A stretch of DNA of 64,000 bases from an uncultured Candidatus Rokubacteria bacterium (GCA_963826115.1 CAWGVS010000005.1:1600001-1664000); one strand, 5' to 3'; positions 1 through 9,094 are shown, counted from the first letter of the stretch. Numbers and translations are program-made. The notes: generated by a model not told the origin, from the sequence alone.

Positions 1-1
1 C

Positions 2-286
2 CAGTGCCCCGCCCCGCTGTCGCGCGGGCTCGCCCGCCAGATCGAGGAGACGGTCCTGGCGGCGTACCGCGTCCTCCGCTGCCGGGACTGGGCGCGCATC
101 GACGTCCGGTGCGACGCGCGAGGGGTGCCGCACATCCTCGAGGTCAACCCCCTGCCGGGCGTGCTCCCGGACCCGGACATGAACTCCTGCTTCCCCAAGG
201 CGGCGCGCGCCGCCGGCATGGACTACGGCACGATGATCCGGGCCGTCCTCCGGGCGGGCGCGGCGCGACATGGCATTGCGGTCTAG
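2..286 (+). CDS. D-Ala-D-Ala ligase-like ATP-grasp protein, C-terminal part (5' truncated by window edge)
   Basis: Frame 2 translated by hand: QCPAPL...RDWARIDVRCDARGVPHILEVNPLPG...AGMDY; RIDxR and LEVNPLPG are Ddl-family C-terminal motifs; TAG at 284-286. Confidence 0.85.
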   Translation, partial: QCPAPLSRGLARQIEETVLAAYRVLRCRDWARIDVRCDARGVPHILEVNPLPGVLPDPDMNSCFPKAARAAGMDYGTMIRAVLRAGAARHGIAV

Positions 287-1418
287 GGTCCGCCGCCACG
301 CGCGCGGTCGGCCGCGGGTCGCGGTCATCACCGACGCCCTGTCGGAGGCAACCGCCCAGGCAGTCGGAACTCCCTCGGCCCCGGGCAATCCCGAGCCGAT
401 CATCGCCGCGCTCCGCGATCTCGGCTACCACCCGGTGCTCGTGGCGTTCAGCGGCAACGTCGCGGACTGGCTGGTCGAGCTGGTCACCGGCCGCTTCCAG
501 CTGGTGTTCAACCTCTGCGAGGGGCTCAGCAACCAGGCCGCCGGCGAGCCGGTGGCCGCGGGGCTCGTGGAGATCCTCGGCCTGCCGATGACCGGCGCCT
601 CGTCCGACATGCTCGCGCTCTGCCTCCGGAAGGACCGGGCGAACGCCGTGCTCCACGCGAGCGGCGTGCCGGTCCCGGAGTGGATCCTCGCGCGGCCGGG
701 CGTCCGCCGGGGACCCTGGCGCCGCTACCCGGCGATCGTGAAGCCCGCCGGCGAGGACGGGTCGTTCGGCATCAGCTCCGACTCCGTGGTCGCCGACCGG
801 CTCGCCCTCGCGACCGTCGTGTCGCGGGGATGCGCCCAATGGGGCCGCATGGTCGTCCAGCGCTACATCGCCGGACGCGAGTTCAACCTCGCGATCGTCG
901 GCGGGCGCGTGCTGCCCCACGCCGAGATCGACTTCAGCCGCATGCGTCCGGGACTGCCCCCGGTCGTCACGTACGCAGCGAAGTGGGAGCACGGAAGCCC
1001 GGAGGACCGGGGAACCGTGCCCCGGTGCCCCGCCCGCCTCCCGGCCCGCCTCGCCGCGCGGCTGACGCGGCTCGCCGAGCAGGTCTGGGCTGCCGTCGAC
1101 GGCGTTGGATACGGCCGGATCGACGTCCGGGTCGACGGGCGGGGCACGACGTTCGTCACCGACGTGAACCCGAACCCGGACCTTGGCGTCCAGGCGGGAC
1201 TTGCGCGCCAGGCGGCCGCGACGGGCTGGAGCTACCTCGACCTGATCGCCCGGATCGTCGAGGACGCCCTGGCTCGAGCCCGACAGGCCACCGGGCCAGC
1301 TCCGACTCCTCCGACGGCGCTCGCGGACGCACAGCGCCTGGCGGAGGCCATGCCCTACACCCAGCGCCTCTCGCCGGCCATGGGCCGGCGAGAGCCCAAG
1401 GGGACGAGGTCGACGTGA
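270..1418 (+). CDS. D-Ala-D-Ala ligase family ATP-grasp enzyme
   Basis: VFNLCEG, IVKPAGEDGSFGI, QRYIAGREF, YAAKW, GRIDVR and DVNPNP motifs. Confidence 0.85.
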   Translation: MALRSRVRRHARGRPRVAVITDALSEATAQAVGTPSAPGNPEPIIAALRDLGYHPVLVAFSGNVADWLVELVTGRFQLVFNLCEGLSNQAAGEPVAAGLVEILGLPMTGASSDMLALCLRKDRANAVLHASGVPVPEWILARPGVRRGPWRRYPAIVKPAGEDGSFGISSDSVVADRLALATVVSRGCAQWGRMVVQRYIAGREFNLAIVGGRVLPHAEIDFSRMRPGLPPVVTYAAKWEHGSPEDRGTVPRCPARLPARLAARLTRLAEQVWAAVDGVGYGRIDVRVDGRGTTFVTDVNPNPDLGVQAGLARQAAATGWSYLDLIARIVEDALARARQATGPAPTPPTALADAQRLAEAMPYTQRLSPAMGRREPKGTRST

Positions 1419-2488
1419 GCGACTGGCAAGAGAGCCTCCGCGAATCGGTAACCACGGTCGACGAGCTCGTCAAGCGGTTCGGGGTCGAGAACATCGACCG
1501 CGAATCCGTGCAGCGGGCCATCGACGGGTTCAACCTCCGCATCACGCCGGAGCTCCTCAATCTCATCAAGGCGCCCGGGGACGCGGTCTGGCGGCAGTAC
1601 GTTCCCACGCCGCAGGAGAACGAGGTGGTGGATGGCATCGTCGATTCCCTCGGCGAGGATGCCGACTCCCCGGTGCCGAACATCACCCACCGGTATCCGG
1701 ATCGGGTGCTGTTCCTCGTGAGCCCCGTCTGCGCGGCGTACTGCCGCTTCTGCACGCGGCGGCGCAAGGTCGGCGACCCCGAGAAGATCCCGCTCGGGCA
1801 GTTCGACGCGGCGTTCGCCTACATCCGCGACCACACGGAAGTCCGGGACGTGAGCCTCTCGGGCGGCGACCCTCTCATGCTCTCGGACCGGCGGGTGGAG
1901 TACTTCCTCGCGAAGCTCCGGACGATCCCGCACATCGAGATCGTCCGCATCCACACCCGGATTCCGTCGCAGCTTCCGGAGCGCATCACGCCGGCGCTGT
2001 GCGACACGATCAAGAAGCACCACCCGGTGTTCGTGAACGTGCACTTCAACCACCCCGACGAGCTGACGCCGGCCGCCCGGTCGGCCCTCGGGCGTCTCGC
2101 GGACGCCGGATGCCCCCTCGGCAGCCAGACGGTGCTCCTGAAGGGCGTCAACGACGACCCCGTCATCATGAAGCGCCTCATGCAGGAGCTCCTCCGCTGC
2201 CGAGTCCGGCCGTACTACATCTACCAGGCCGACATGGTCGCGGGCGGCGAGCACTTCCGGACCTCGGTCGCCAAGGGGCTCGAGATCATCGAAGCGATTC
2301 AGGGATGGACGTCGGGGCTGGCCGTCCCCCACTTCGTCATCGACGCCCCGGGGGGCGGTGGCAAGATCCCGCTCCTCCCCCAGTACGTGCAGTCGATCAC
2401 CGAGCGGGAGGTCATCCTGCGGAACTACTCGGGCAAGACGTTCCGGTACGTGCTGCCGCAGGCGGAGGCGCCCGTGACGGCCGACTGA
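1415..2488 (+). CDS. kamA: KamA-family radical SAM 2,3-aminomutase (lysine 2,3-aminomutase-like)
   Basis: HRYPDRV, CAAYCRFC (CxxxCxxC), SGGDPL, SQTVLLKGVND, DAPGGGGK (PLP Lys); GTG start overlaps the upstream TGA. Confidence 0.9.
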   Translation: MSDWQESLRESVTTVDELVKRFGVENIDRESVQRAIDGFNLRITPELLNLIKAPGDAVWRQYVPTPQENEVVDGIVDSLGEDADSPVPNITHRYPDRVLFLVSPVCAAYCRFCTRRRKVGDPEKIPLGQFDAAFAYIRDHTEVRDVSLSGGDPLMLSDRRVEYFLAKLRTIPHIEIVRIHTRIPSQLPERITPALCDTIKKHHPVFVNVHFNHPDELTPAARSALGRLADAGCPLGSQTVLLKGVNDDPVIMKRLMQELLRCRVRPYYIYQADMVAGGEHFRTSVAKGLEIIEAIQGWTSGLAVPHFVIDAPGGGGKIPLLPQYVQSITEREVILRNYSGKTFRYVLPQAEAPVTAD

Positions 2489-2526
2489 GTCCGCGCCTGT
2501 CAGCCGGCCCCGCGGCCGAAACGGAG

Positions 2527-2558
2527 AAGGGGCGAGTCGCGTCGGCGACTCGCCCCTT
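2527..2558. terminator. Probable bidirectional intrinsic terminator hairpin
   Basis: Perfect 14-bp stem aaggggcgagtcgc-gtcg-gcgactcgcccctt between convergent genes. Confidence 0.7.
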
Positions 2559-2576
2559 CCGTGTCTCCGGGTCCGC

Positions 2577-2792
2577 TCAGGGGAACCCGACCGGCTGGTG
2601 GCGGTGCGGCAGGGCCACCCCGCTCCGGCGGAACTCCGCGCGGAACGCCTCCGCGTCCGAACCCTCGAACCCGCGCATCCCCTCCCGCAGCAGCGACACG
2701 GGCGAAGCGGTCCGGCTCTGGCGCCGCGACGCGGCCTGCAGCACGCCCGCGAGCACCACGACCAGCCCTCCGGTCAGCATGAGATCCAGCAT
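2577..2792 (-). CDS. Small hypothetical membrane-anchored protein (71 aa)
   Basis: GAGGAGG RBS before ATG; N-terminal hydrophobic helix MLDLMLTGGLVVVLAGVL. Confidence 0.5.
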   Translation of the reverse strand: MLDLMLTGGLVVVLAGVLQAASRRQSRTASPVSLLREGMRGFEGSDAEAFRAEFRRSGVALPHRHQPVGFP

Positions 2793-2806
2793 CGAAGTCT
2801 CCTCCT

Positions 2807-3187
2807 CTACGCGGCCTGGAGGCGCCGAGCCGGCCGGACCGACGTGGCGACCGGCCGCGCCGGCGCCGTCTCCGGGGTCAGGACCAGCTCGTAGCGCCCG
2901 GCGCCCACGCGGGTCAGCGTCTCGTGCGCGATGCCCACGATGCGGCTCACCACGTTCGGCCGGCCCACCGGAACCTTGATCTCCACCCGCCACGGCCCGC
3001 CGAGCGGCTTGGCCACGAGGGGCGCCACGATCGGGCCCACCTCGTCGGCGATGGCGTCCGTCAGTCGGACCTGGCGCGCGATGATGGCCTCCCGACGCCG
3101 GTCGCGCCACGCGGCGAGCGACAGGAGCCCGATGATCACGAGGATCGGCGAGGACACCGTCAGGATCAGGATCGTGGCTGTCATCAT
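2807..3187 (-). CDS. Hypothetical membrane-anchored protein (126 aa)
   Basis: AAGGAGG RBS; N-terminal TM helix MMTATILILTVSSPILVIIGLLSLAAW. Confidence 0.6.
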   Translation of the reverse strand: MMTATILILTVSSPILVIIGLLSLAAWRDRRREAIIARQVRLTDAIADEVGPIVAPLVAKPLGGPWRVEIKVPVGRPNVVSRIVGIAHETLTRVGAGRYELVLTPETAPARPVATSVRPARRLQAA

Positions 3188-3276
3188 GGTCGGCTTCCTC
3201 CTTCTTGCCCGTTGAGACACCGCTCGGTCGGCGGTGTGAAAGGAAGGAGGCCGGTCGGAACGGTCGGGGGCGGAGC

Positions 3277-4191
3277 CTAGGCGGCCAGGAACGGCTCGAG
3301 GGCGGCCAGGATCTCGGCGGGAGCCTCCTCGGCCAGGAAGTGGCCGCAGGCAACCGACTGCGCCCGGACGTCCGCCGCCCAGCCCCGCCAGACGGCGGCG
3401 AAGTCCCAGGCCGGCTCGGCCCCGGGTGGCACGCCCCGGAGCGCCAGCACCGGACACGCGATGCGCCGGCGACCCCGATCCGCCGCGTCGTCCTCCAGGT
3501 CCACCGTGGCGCCCGCCCGGTAGTCCTCGCAGCTGGCGTGGACGACGCCGGGGTCCCGGTAGGCCCGCCCGTACTCGGCGAGGGCCCGTGGATCGAAGGC
3601 GTCCGCCCGCCCCGCCCAGCTCTCGAGAGTCCACCGGAGGAAGTACTCCGGGTCGGCGCCGATCAGGCGCTCCGGCAGGTCGGCCGGCTGCGCGAGGAAG
3701 AGCCAGTGGTAGTCGGCCAGGGCGCTCCCCCGGTCGAGCCGCTCCCAGGTCTCGAGCGTCGGCACGATGTCGAGGACGGCGAGGCGCGCCACGCGCTCCG
3801 GGTGGTCGAGCGCCAGCCGGTACGCCACGCGGGCGCCGCGGTCGTGTCCGACCACGGAGAATCGCTCGAATCCGAGCCGGCCCATCGTCTCCACCTGGTC
3901 GCCCGCCATCGCTCGCTTCGAGTAGGCGCGATGCGCCGGATCCGCGGGCGGCCGGCCGCTGTCGCCGTAGCCGCGGAGGTCCGGGCAGACCACGGTGAAC
4001 CGCGCCGCCAGCACAGGCGCCACGCGATGCCAGCATGCGTGGGTCTGGGGGAACCCGTGGAGCAGCAGCACCGGGGGCCCCGCCCCGCCGACGACCGCGT
4101 GGATCTCCGTCTCGCGCGTGCGGAGCCGCTCGCGCCGGAACCCCGGGAAGAGCGCCGCGTCCGCGGCCGCGCCGGGATCGGCCCCGCTCAA
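3277..4191 (-). CDS. Haloacetate/fluoroacetate dehalogenase-like alpha/beta hydrolase
   Basis: LLHGFPQT, DLRGYG, YSKRAMA, GHDRGARVAYRLALDHP (Asp nucleophile), YHWLF, CEDYRA, GHFLAEE; TTG start overlaps the upstream stop. Confidence 0.85.
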   Translation of the reverse strand: MSGADPGAAADAALFPGFRRERLRTRETEIHAVVGGAGPPVLLLHGFPQTHACWHRVAPVLAARFTVVCPDLRGYGDSGRPPADPAHRAYSKRAMAGDQVETMGRLGFERFSVVGHDRGARVAYRLALDHPERVARLAVLDIVPTLETWERLDRGSALADYHWLFLAQPADLPERLIGADPEYFLRWTLESWAGRADAFDPRALAEYGRAYRDPGVVHASCEDYRAGATVDLEDDAADRGRRRIACPVLALRGVPPGAEPAWDFAAVWRGWAADVRAQSVACGHFLAEEAPAEILAALEPFLAA

Positions 4192-5162
4192 TTGACCTCG
4201 TGGAGCGGGTGGAGGTCCGGGCGGCAGCTCGTGCAGGGCTTCAGACCCACCGCCTCGGCTCGCTTCCGCGAGCCGAAGTACGTCAGGAGGCCGGACTGGA
4301 GCATCTCCGTCGACGGGCAGCTGGGGACGCAGTACTCCCTGTCGCCCGGCGCGAGGAGGTACATCGCGTTCCGGGCGATCGCGAAGTCGTCGTGGGCCGG
4401 CACCAGCGGCACGCCCTCGGTCGTGAGCAGTTGCCGCTTTCGCCCCGTCCCGCCGCCGGCGTACCCCGTCAGGAGCCCCGAGGCCCCGACCACCCGATGG
4501 CACGGGATGGCCACCGGCACGGGATTCCACCGGAGCGCCTGCGCCACGGCCCGCACCGCACGGGGTTGCCCGAGGTCGCGGGCCAGCCGCTTGTACGACA
4601 CCACCGCGCCGTAGGGGATGCCGGCCGTATGCTCGAGCACCTTCCGCTGGAACGGGCTCTTGATGAGCCGGAAGTCGAGCGGCCATCCAAGTTGCTGGGT
4701 CCGGCCCTCGACGTAGGCCCGGAAGTCCCGGTAGAGCCCCTCGGCCTCGCCGCCGTCCTCGACGACCTCGACCCCGCGCAGCCGCGAGAGACGGGACCCG
4801 GCGAGGTCGCCACGCCCGTGGAGGTACTCCAGGAGCACCACGCCCTGCTCGGAGTGAGCGAGCAGGATCGGCCCCAGAGGGGAGTCGAACACCCGGTACG
4901 CGACGATGCGGCTCCGCAGGTCGTCGAGCCGCGCTTCCAGCCGCTCCCGCGACTGCGCCACGCCCGCCACGTCCACCGCCGCGCTCCGAATCGCTCCGAG
5001 CTCGCGGTCGATCACCCGGTAGCTCGCGTGCTCCGCCCGGCAGGACTTGCACTCCGCGACGTGCTCGGCCACCCGCCCCTCGGCGCGGGCGTCCGCCTCG
5101 CCGATCGCCGCGGCCACGAGGTCCGCCTCGATCCCGACGCAGCTCCCCGCCTTTCGCTTCAC
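4188..5162 (-). CDS. ogt: Fusion protein: N-terminal zinc anti-sigma (ZAS) finger + O6-methylguanine-DNA methyltransferase + C-terminal Ada-type Zn domain
   Basis: HVAECKSC (HxxxCxxC); DSPLG, IPYG, AVRAVA, IPCHRVV, LTGYAGG; YCVPSC...PCTSCRP. Confidence 0.88.
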   Translation of the reverse strand: MKRKAGSCVGIEADLVAAAIGEADARAEGRVAEHVAECKSCRAEHASYRVIDRELGAIRSAAVDVAGVAQSRERLEARLDDLRSRIVAYRVFDSPLGPILLAHSEQGVVLLEYLHGRGDLAGSRLSRLRGVEVVEDGGEAEGLYRDFRAYVEGRTQQLGWPLDFRLIKSPFQRKVLEHTAGIPYGAVVSYKRLARDLGQPRAVRAVAQALRWNPVPVAIPCHRVVGASGLLTGYAGGGTGRKRQLLTTEGVPLVPAHDDFAIARNAMYLLAPGDREYCVPSCPSTEMLQSGLLTYFGSRKRAEAVGLKPCTSCRPDLHPLHEVN

Positions 5163-5689
5163 GACACCAACTCCTTCCCGATCAGCTCGCGCCCCTCGAG
5201 GGCGCGGCGGACCTTCCGTAAAGCCTGGAAGACGTGGGCCCGCGCGGTCTCGGCCGAGCACGCGAGGCTCTGGCCGATCACCTCGTAGTCCAGTCCGTGG
5301 ACCTTCCGCTGAAGGAAGGCCAGGCGCTGCTTGAGCGGCAACGCGGCGACCACGCGGTCGACGGCCGCTCCGATCTCCTGCGAGATGGTCACCCCGTCCG
5401 GGCGCTCCTCGTCCGTCTCCCGCGTCTCCGCCACCACGGCGGCGTACGCGAGCCGCCGCCGCTTCTGCGACCGGAAGTGGTTCCGCGTGAGGTTCGTTGC
5501 GATGGCGAAGAGCCACGCGCGCGAGTTGGCGTCCGGCGGCAGCGTCCGGTGGGCGCGGAACGCCCGCAGGAACGTCTCCTGCGCCAGGTCGTCGGCGTCC
5601 TGCCTCCGCCCCGTCACCCGGAGGACATACCGATAGATCTCAGCGTGGTGGTCCGACATCAGCGCCTCAAAGGTGCGGTCGCCCATCAT
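5159..5689 (-). CDS. ECF sigma-70 factor
   Basis: DADDLAQETFLRAF, WLFAIATN (region 2); LPLKQR...GLDYEVIG...SAETARAHVFQA (region 4). Confidence 0.9.
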   Translation of the reverse strand: MMGDRTFEALMSDHHAEIYRYVLRVTGRRQDADDLAQETFLRAFRAHRTLPPDANSRAWLFAIATNLTRNHFRSQKRRRLAYAAVVAETRETDEERPDGVTISQEIGAAVDRVVAALPLKQRLAFLQRKVHGLDYEVIGQSLACSAETARAHVFQALRKVRRALEGRELIGKELVS

Positions 5690-5769
5690 CTCCAAAGACC
5701 CCGTGGGAGCGATGTTGTGAAACGGGGTTCGACCATCCGGAATCGCACCGTCTGAACGGATGTCACTTT

Positions 5770-5791
5770 ATCTCTTTAAATCAATAGCTTG
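5770..5791 (+). promoter_or_regulatory. IHF-like binding site
   Basis: aatcaatagcttg (5779-5791) matches WATCAANNNNTTR and follows an AT tract in a high-GC background, upstream of the ECF operon. Confidence 0.4.
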
Positions 5792-5994
5792 TGTCCCACG
5801 ACCTCCGAATCCACATCGGCTCCCGGACCTTCTACCCCACCCCGTCCGCAGCCTGGATCCGCCCCCGGCCACGGACCCTCGGTGCGTCACCGACCCGCTC
5901 GCGGTCCCAGAGCCTGGCGGAACAGACGGGGCCTCTCCGTAACCCACCCAGGTACGGCGCCGGCCCTCCTCCTGCACGCGGGGGATCGGCGCGC

Positions 5995-6342
5995 TCACGT
6001 CGTCTCGTCCGGCGCCGAGCGCATCGCGTGCTCGTAGCCCCGGCGGAGCCAGCGGAACGCGCGCGACACGGCCTCCGGGTCCACGACGTCGAGCTCGATC
6101 CAGCCGCGCCCCGCGAACCGACGGTGGGGCCGCGCATCGGGCGTCGCGAGCGCGCGCGCCTGATCCCCTCGCGACAGCCGTACCCAGAGATCGTGGTCCC
6201 GGGGCCGGATGGGGTAGCACGCGAACAGCTGCTCGCCGACGAAGTAGCCGAAGCGCCCGAACATCGGCGTGATCCGGACGCCGAACCAGCCGCCGACCAC
6301 CCGGTTCAGGTCTGCCGCCACGCCCTCCCCGCCCCGGCTCAT
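5995..6342 (-). CDS. TfoX-N / YjbR-like small protein
   Basis: PMFGRFGYFVGEQLFA...GWIEL...WLRRGYEH pattern. Confidence 0.65.
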   Translation of the reverse strand: MSRGGEGVAADLNRVVGGWFGVRITPMFGRFGYFVGEQLFACYPIRPRDHDLWVRLSRGDQARALATPDARPHRRFAGRGWIELDVVDPEAVSRAFRWLRRGYEHAMRSAPDETT

Positions 6343-6416
6343 CGTCCGGCGGTCCCGCCGCGCGCGGCCCGTGCCGCGGGGACCGGGCGGCGGGCCGGGA
6401 GCCCGGCGGCGCACGG

Positions 6417-6857
6417 TCAGACCCGCCGCGGGGGGACGCGCCGGTAGAAGAGCAGCTCGCGCGTCCCCTGGGGCAGGTTGTCGACGTGCCCGCTCGGCGT
6501 GAAGCCAAGGGCCCCGTGAAGGCGGATGGCGGGACCGTTCGTCTCCTCCACGGAGGAGAAGACCCGCGGCGTGGGCGAGATCGCCTCCACGGAGCGCATC
6601 AGCTCGCGCGCGATGCCGCGGCGCCGGTACTTCTCCCGGACCACGATCAGCGACACGAACGTGCACTGGAACCAGTCCGTGCGGTAGGCGCAGAGCCCGA
6701 CCACGTCGTCGTCCGCCTCGGCGACGATCAGGTGGTGCTGCTCGAGGTGCGCCTTGACGAACGGCCCCGCGCGGTCCGGGCCAACGACGAGGGCCGCCAG
6801 CTCGGCGCAGGGGCGCGCGTCGCCGGGCCGCGGCGGGCGGATCTCGATCAGCGCCAC
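6417..6857 (-). CDS. GNAT family N-acetyltransferase
   Basis: VREKYRRRGIA acetyl-CoA motif A; N-PA..LH..LGF. Confidence 0.85.
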   Translation of the reverse strand: MALIEIRPPRPGDARPCAELAALVVGPDRAGPFVKAHLEQHHLIVAEADDDVVGLCAYRTDWFQCTFVSLIVVREKYRRRGIARELMRSVEAISPTPRVFSSVEETNGPAIRLHGALGFTPSGHVDNLPQGTRELLFYRRVPPRRV

Positions 6858-7831
6858 GCCAGGTCAGCGCCGGCCGGATCGGGCAAGTGCGCGCCCCCGG
6901 CCCATGCGTCGTCGAGGATCGCCCGGAAGCTGGTCTCGACGCGAAGGACGGTCGGCCACGACTCGCCGACCTCGGGCGCAGCCACGCGGACGTGAGGCCC
7001 GACGGGCGCCCACACCGCGGGATCGGTCGGTCCGAAGACGGCCACGGTCGGGCAGCCCGTCGCGGCCGCGAGGTGGGTCGGGCCGGAATCGTTCCCGACC
7101 GCCGCCCGGGCGAGGCTCAACAGCGCGGCGATCCGCGGAAGCGGCCAGTCGCGTGCGACGCGCGCCTCGTCGAGTGCGCCATCTGCGAGGAGCGCGTCCA
7201 CGACGAGGCGATCGGCGGGACCGGCCAGCGCGACCACGGGATGGCCCGCGGCGCGAACTCGCCGCGCGAGCTCCGCGAAGCCCGGCCACGTCTTCGCCGC
7301 GCTCCCGGCGCCCGGCTGGAGAACCACGGCGTGGCCCGGCCCGATCCCCCGAGCCTCGAGCCAGGACGCGGCCACGTTCCGCTCCGCCTCGCGCGTGCGA
7401 ACGCGCCAGTCGGGGAGATCGGCCGCGACCAGGCCCAGCGGGGCCAGGGTGTCCACGAGGTGCCGGCTCACGTGTGCGCCGGTTCCGGGCGCCGGCGTCG
7501 CCCGCGCGACGACGGCGGGGCAGCCGAGCCCGGCCAGGCTCTTCCGGAACGCGGCGTCCCCCGCTCCCATCCACGACACGACCGCGTCGAAGCCCGCCAG
7601 GCCGCGGAGGGCGTCCGGATCGGTCGGCTCGACGAACAAGCGATGGAGCGCGAGGCTCTCGAGATCGACGGCCGCGTCCACCAAGCCTGACCCCTCGAGG
7701 AGCGGCACGAGTCGCGACGCGACGGCCACCGTCGAGCGGTAGCCGAGCGTCCGGAGGTGCACGAGCGCGGGGCCCGCAAGGAGCACGTCCCCGAGCGCGC
7801 CCGGATGGACGACGAGGCAGCGTCGGCTCAC
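6848..7831 (-). CDS. Glycosyltransferase family 9 (heptosyltransferase-like)
   Basis: HPGALGD, QPGAGSAAKTWP, GNDSGPTHLAAA, FGPTDP..WAP. Confidence 0.85.
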   Translation of the reverse strand: MSRRCLVVHPGALGDVLLAGPALVHLRTLGYRSTVAVASRLVPLLEGSGLVDAAVDLESLALHRLFVEPTDPDALRGLAGFDAVVSWMGAGDAAFRKSLAGLGCPAVVARATPAPGTGAHVSRHLVDTLAPLGLVAADLPDWRVRTREAERNVAASWLEARGIGPGHAVVLQPGAGSAAKTWPGFAELARRVRAAGHPVVALAGPADRLVVDALLADGALDEARVARDWPLPRIAALLSLARAAVGNDSGPTHLAAATGCPTVAVFGPTDPAVWAPVGPHVRVAAPEVGESWPTVLRVETSFRAILDDAWAGGAHLPDPAGADLAWR

Positions 7832-8535
7832 GCGGACACCCGGCTCCGGGGCTCGGTTCCCCTGGCACGCGCGCGCCAGCGTGGCGCGACGTAGCGGGAC
7901 ACCAGCGAGAGACCGGCCTCGCCCGCCCACCAGCCGAAAAGCCCGCCGGCCAGGACGTCCGAGAGGAAGTGCGCGTTCAGGAGGATCCGCGAGGCTCCGA
8001 CCCCGGACGCGACGGCGAAGAGCCAGCCGCGGCGCCGCGGCGGAATCCACCCGGCGAGCGCGGCGACGGCGGCGAACGCGGTCGCGGCGTGCCCGGAGGG
8101 AAAACCGTGGTACCCCGGCTCGCCGAAGCACGGCCAGTGAAAGAACCCACGCCGGGTCGGCGCGTCGGGCGGCGTGGACGCGCCCACGCCCCATCCGTCG
8201 ACGAGCCGCGGCCTCGCGCGGCAGGCGACGTGCTTGACGACCTGCGTCGTCAGGCCCGCCAGGAGGACGCCTGCGACCCCCCCCACCGCCGCCTGCCACA
8301 TCGGCGGGTCCAGCGCCCGGTACCCGACGACGGCGAGGCCGAGGAGCCCGACGGTCGCGACCTCGGTCGTGCCGAGGAGGGTGAAGCCGTTCGCCAGCAG
8401 ACGGGTCTCGTGCGAGACGAAGTGGCGGAACACGAAGTCGTGGAGCGTCTCGTCGGCCGGGGTCGCGGCCGAGAGGACCGCGAGCGCGACGACCGCGGCC
8501 TGGATCAGGCGAGCGCGCCGGGGCTTCTCGCTCAC
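7828..8535 (-). CDS. PAP2 family membrane phosphatase
   Basis: KxxxxRxRP (KHVACRARP), FPSGH, SRILLNAHFLSDV. Confidence 0.85.
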   Translation of the reverse strand: MSEKPRRARLIQAAVVALAVLSAATPADETLHDFVFRHFVSHETRLLANGFTLLGTTEVATVGLLGLAVVGYRALDPPMWQAAVGGVAGVLLAGLTTQVVKHVACRARPRLVDGWGVGASTPPDAPTRRGFFHWPCFGEPGYHGFPSGHAATAFAAVAALAGWIPPRRRGWLFAVASGVGASRILLNAHFLSDVLAGGLFGWWAGEAGLSLVSRYVAPRWRARARGTEPRSRVSA

Positions 8536-8591
8536 GGCCGCTAGTATCCGCCCCGCCGGCGGCGCGGCGCAAGCGAGCGGGGATCGAGTGC

Positions 8592-8882
8592 CTAGCCGGA
8601 ACCGGTCCTGGTGAAGGTGCGGCGCACGCGCTCGTAGCCGCCCCAGACGTAGAGGACCGCGATGAGGACCCCGGCCGTGCTCGAGGCGTCGCCGAGGTCC
8701 CGCAGGAAGCTGTCCCAGACCTGCCCTCCGTCGGCGCCGGTGGGGCCGGCGGCCAGCCGGGCGACCGCGTCGACCGGACGGCTCCAGGCGCTCCAGAGCA
8801 AGAGGGTCAATCCCCGGTCGCGCCACCGGAGGAAGCGGGACCGCTGCTCCGGCGCATCGATGATGAAATCGCGCCCGGTCAC
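8592..8882 (-). CDS. pgaD: PgaD-like poly-GlcNAc synthesis accessory membrane protein
   Basis: IIDAPE...RWRDRGLTLLLWSAW with two TM segments, coupled to a pgaC-like 3' end. Confidence 0.55.
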   Translation of the reverse strand: MTGRDFIIDAPEQRSRFLRWRDRGLTLLLWSAWSRPVDAVARLAAGPTGADGGQVWDSFLRDLGDASSTAGVLIAVLYVWGGYERVRRTFTRTGSG

Positions 8883-9094
8883 GGCGCCCTCCGGAGCCCG
8901 CGATCGGGGCTCACCCACACGGCCTGACGCCCGCGCGTCCGGAGGAGCGCTCGAGGCAAGCCGACGGCCACGGTGAGGGCCGTGATGATCCAGAAGGCGA
9001 ACGGATAGCCGACGACCGAGGGAAGGTAGCGGCCGACCCCCGGCTCGTAGCGGTGGTCGAGCGCCATGCCGACCGCCACCTGGAACAGGAACAT
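8879..9094 (-). pseudogene. pgaC: C-terminal fragment of PgaC-like poly-beta-1,6-GlcNAc synthase
   Basis: LDHRYEP...YPFAFW...WVSPDRG is the typical PgaC C-terminus; the GT2 catalytic domain is absent (malQ ends 34 bp upstream). Confidence 0.65.

Noticed and set aside
5696-5722. Possible ECF autoregulatory promoter (TCACA-N16-GTCT on the minus strand) just before the sigma start
   Set aside because: Single instance and ECF group unknown, so not listed as a feature
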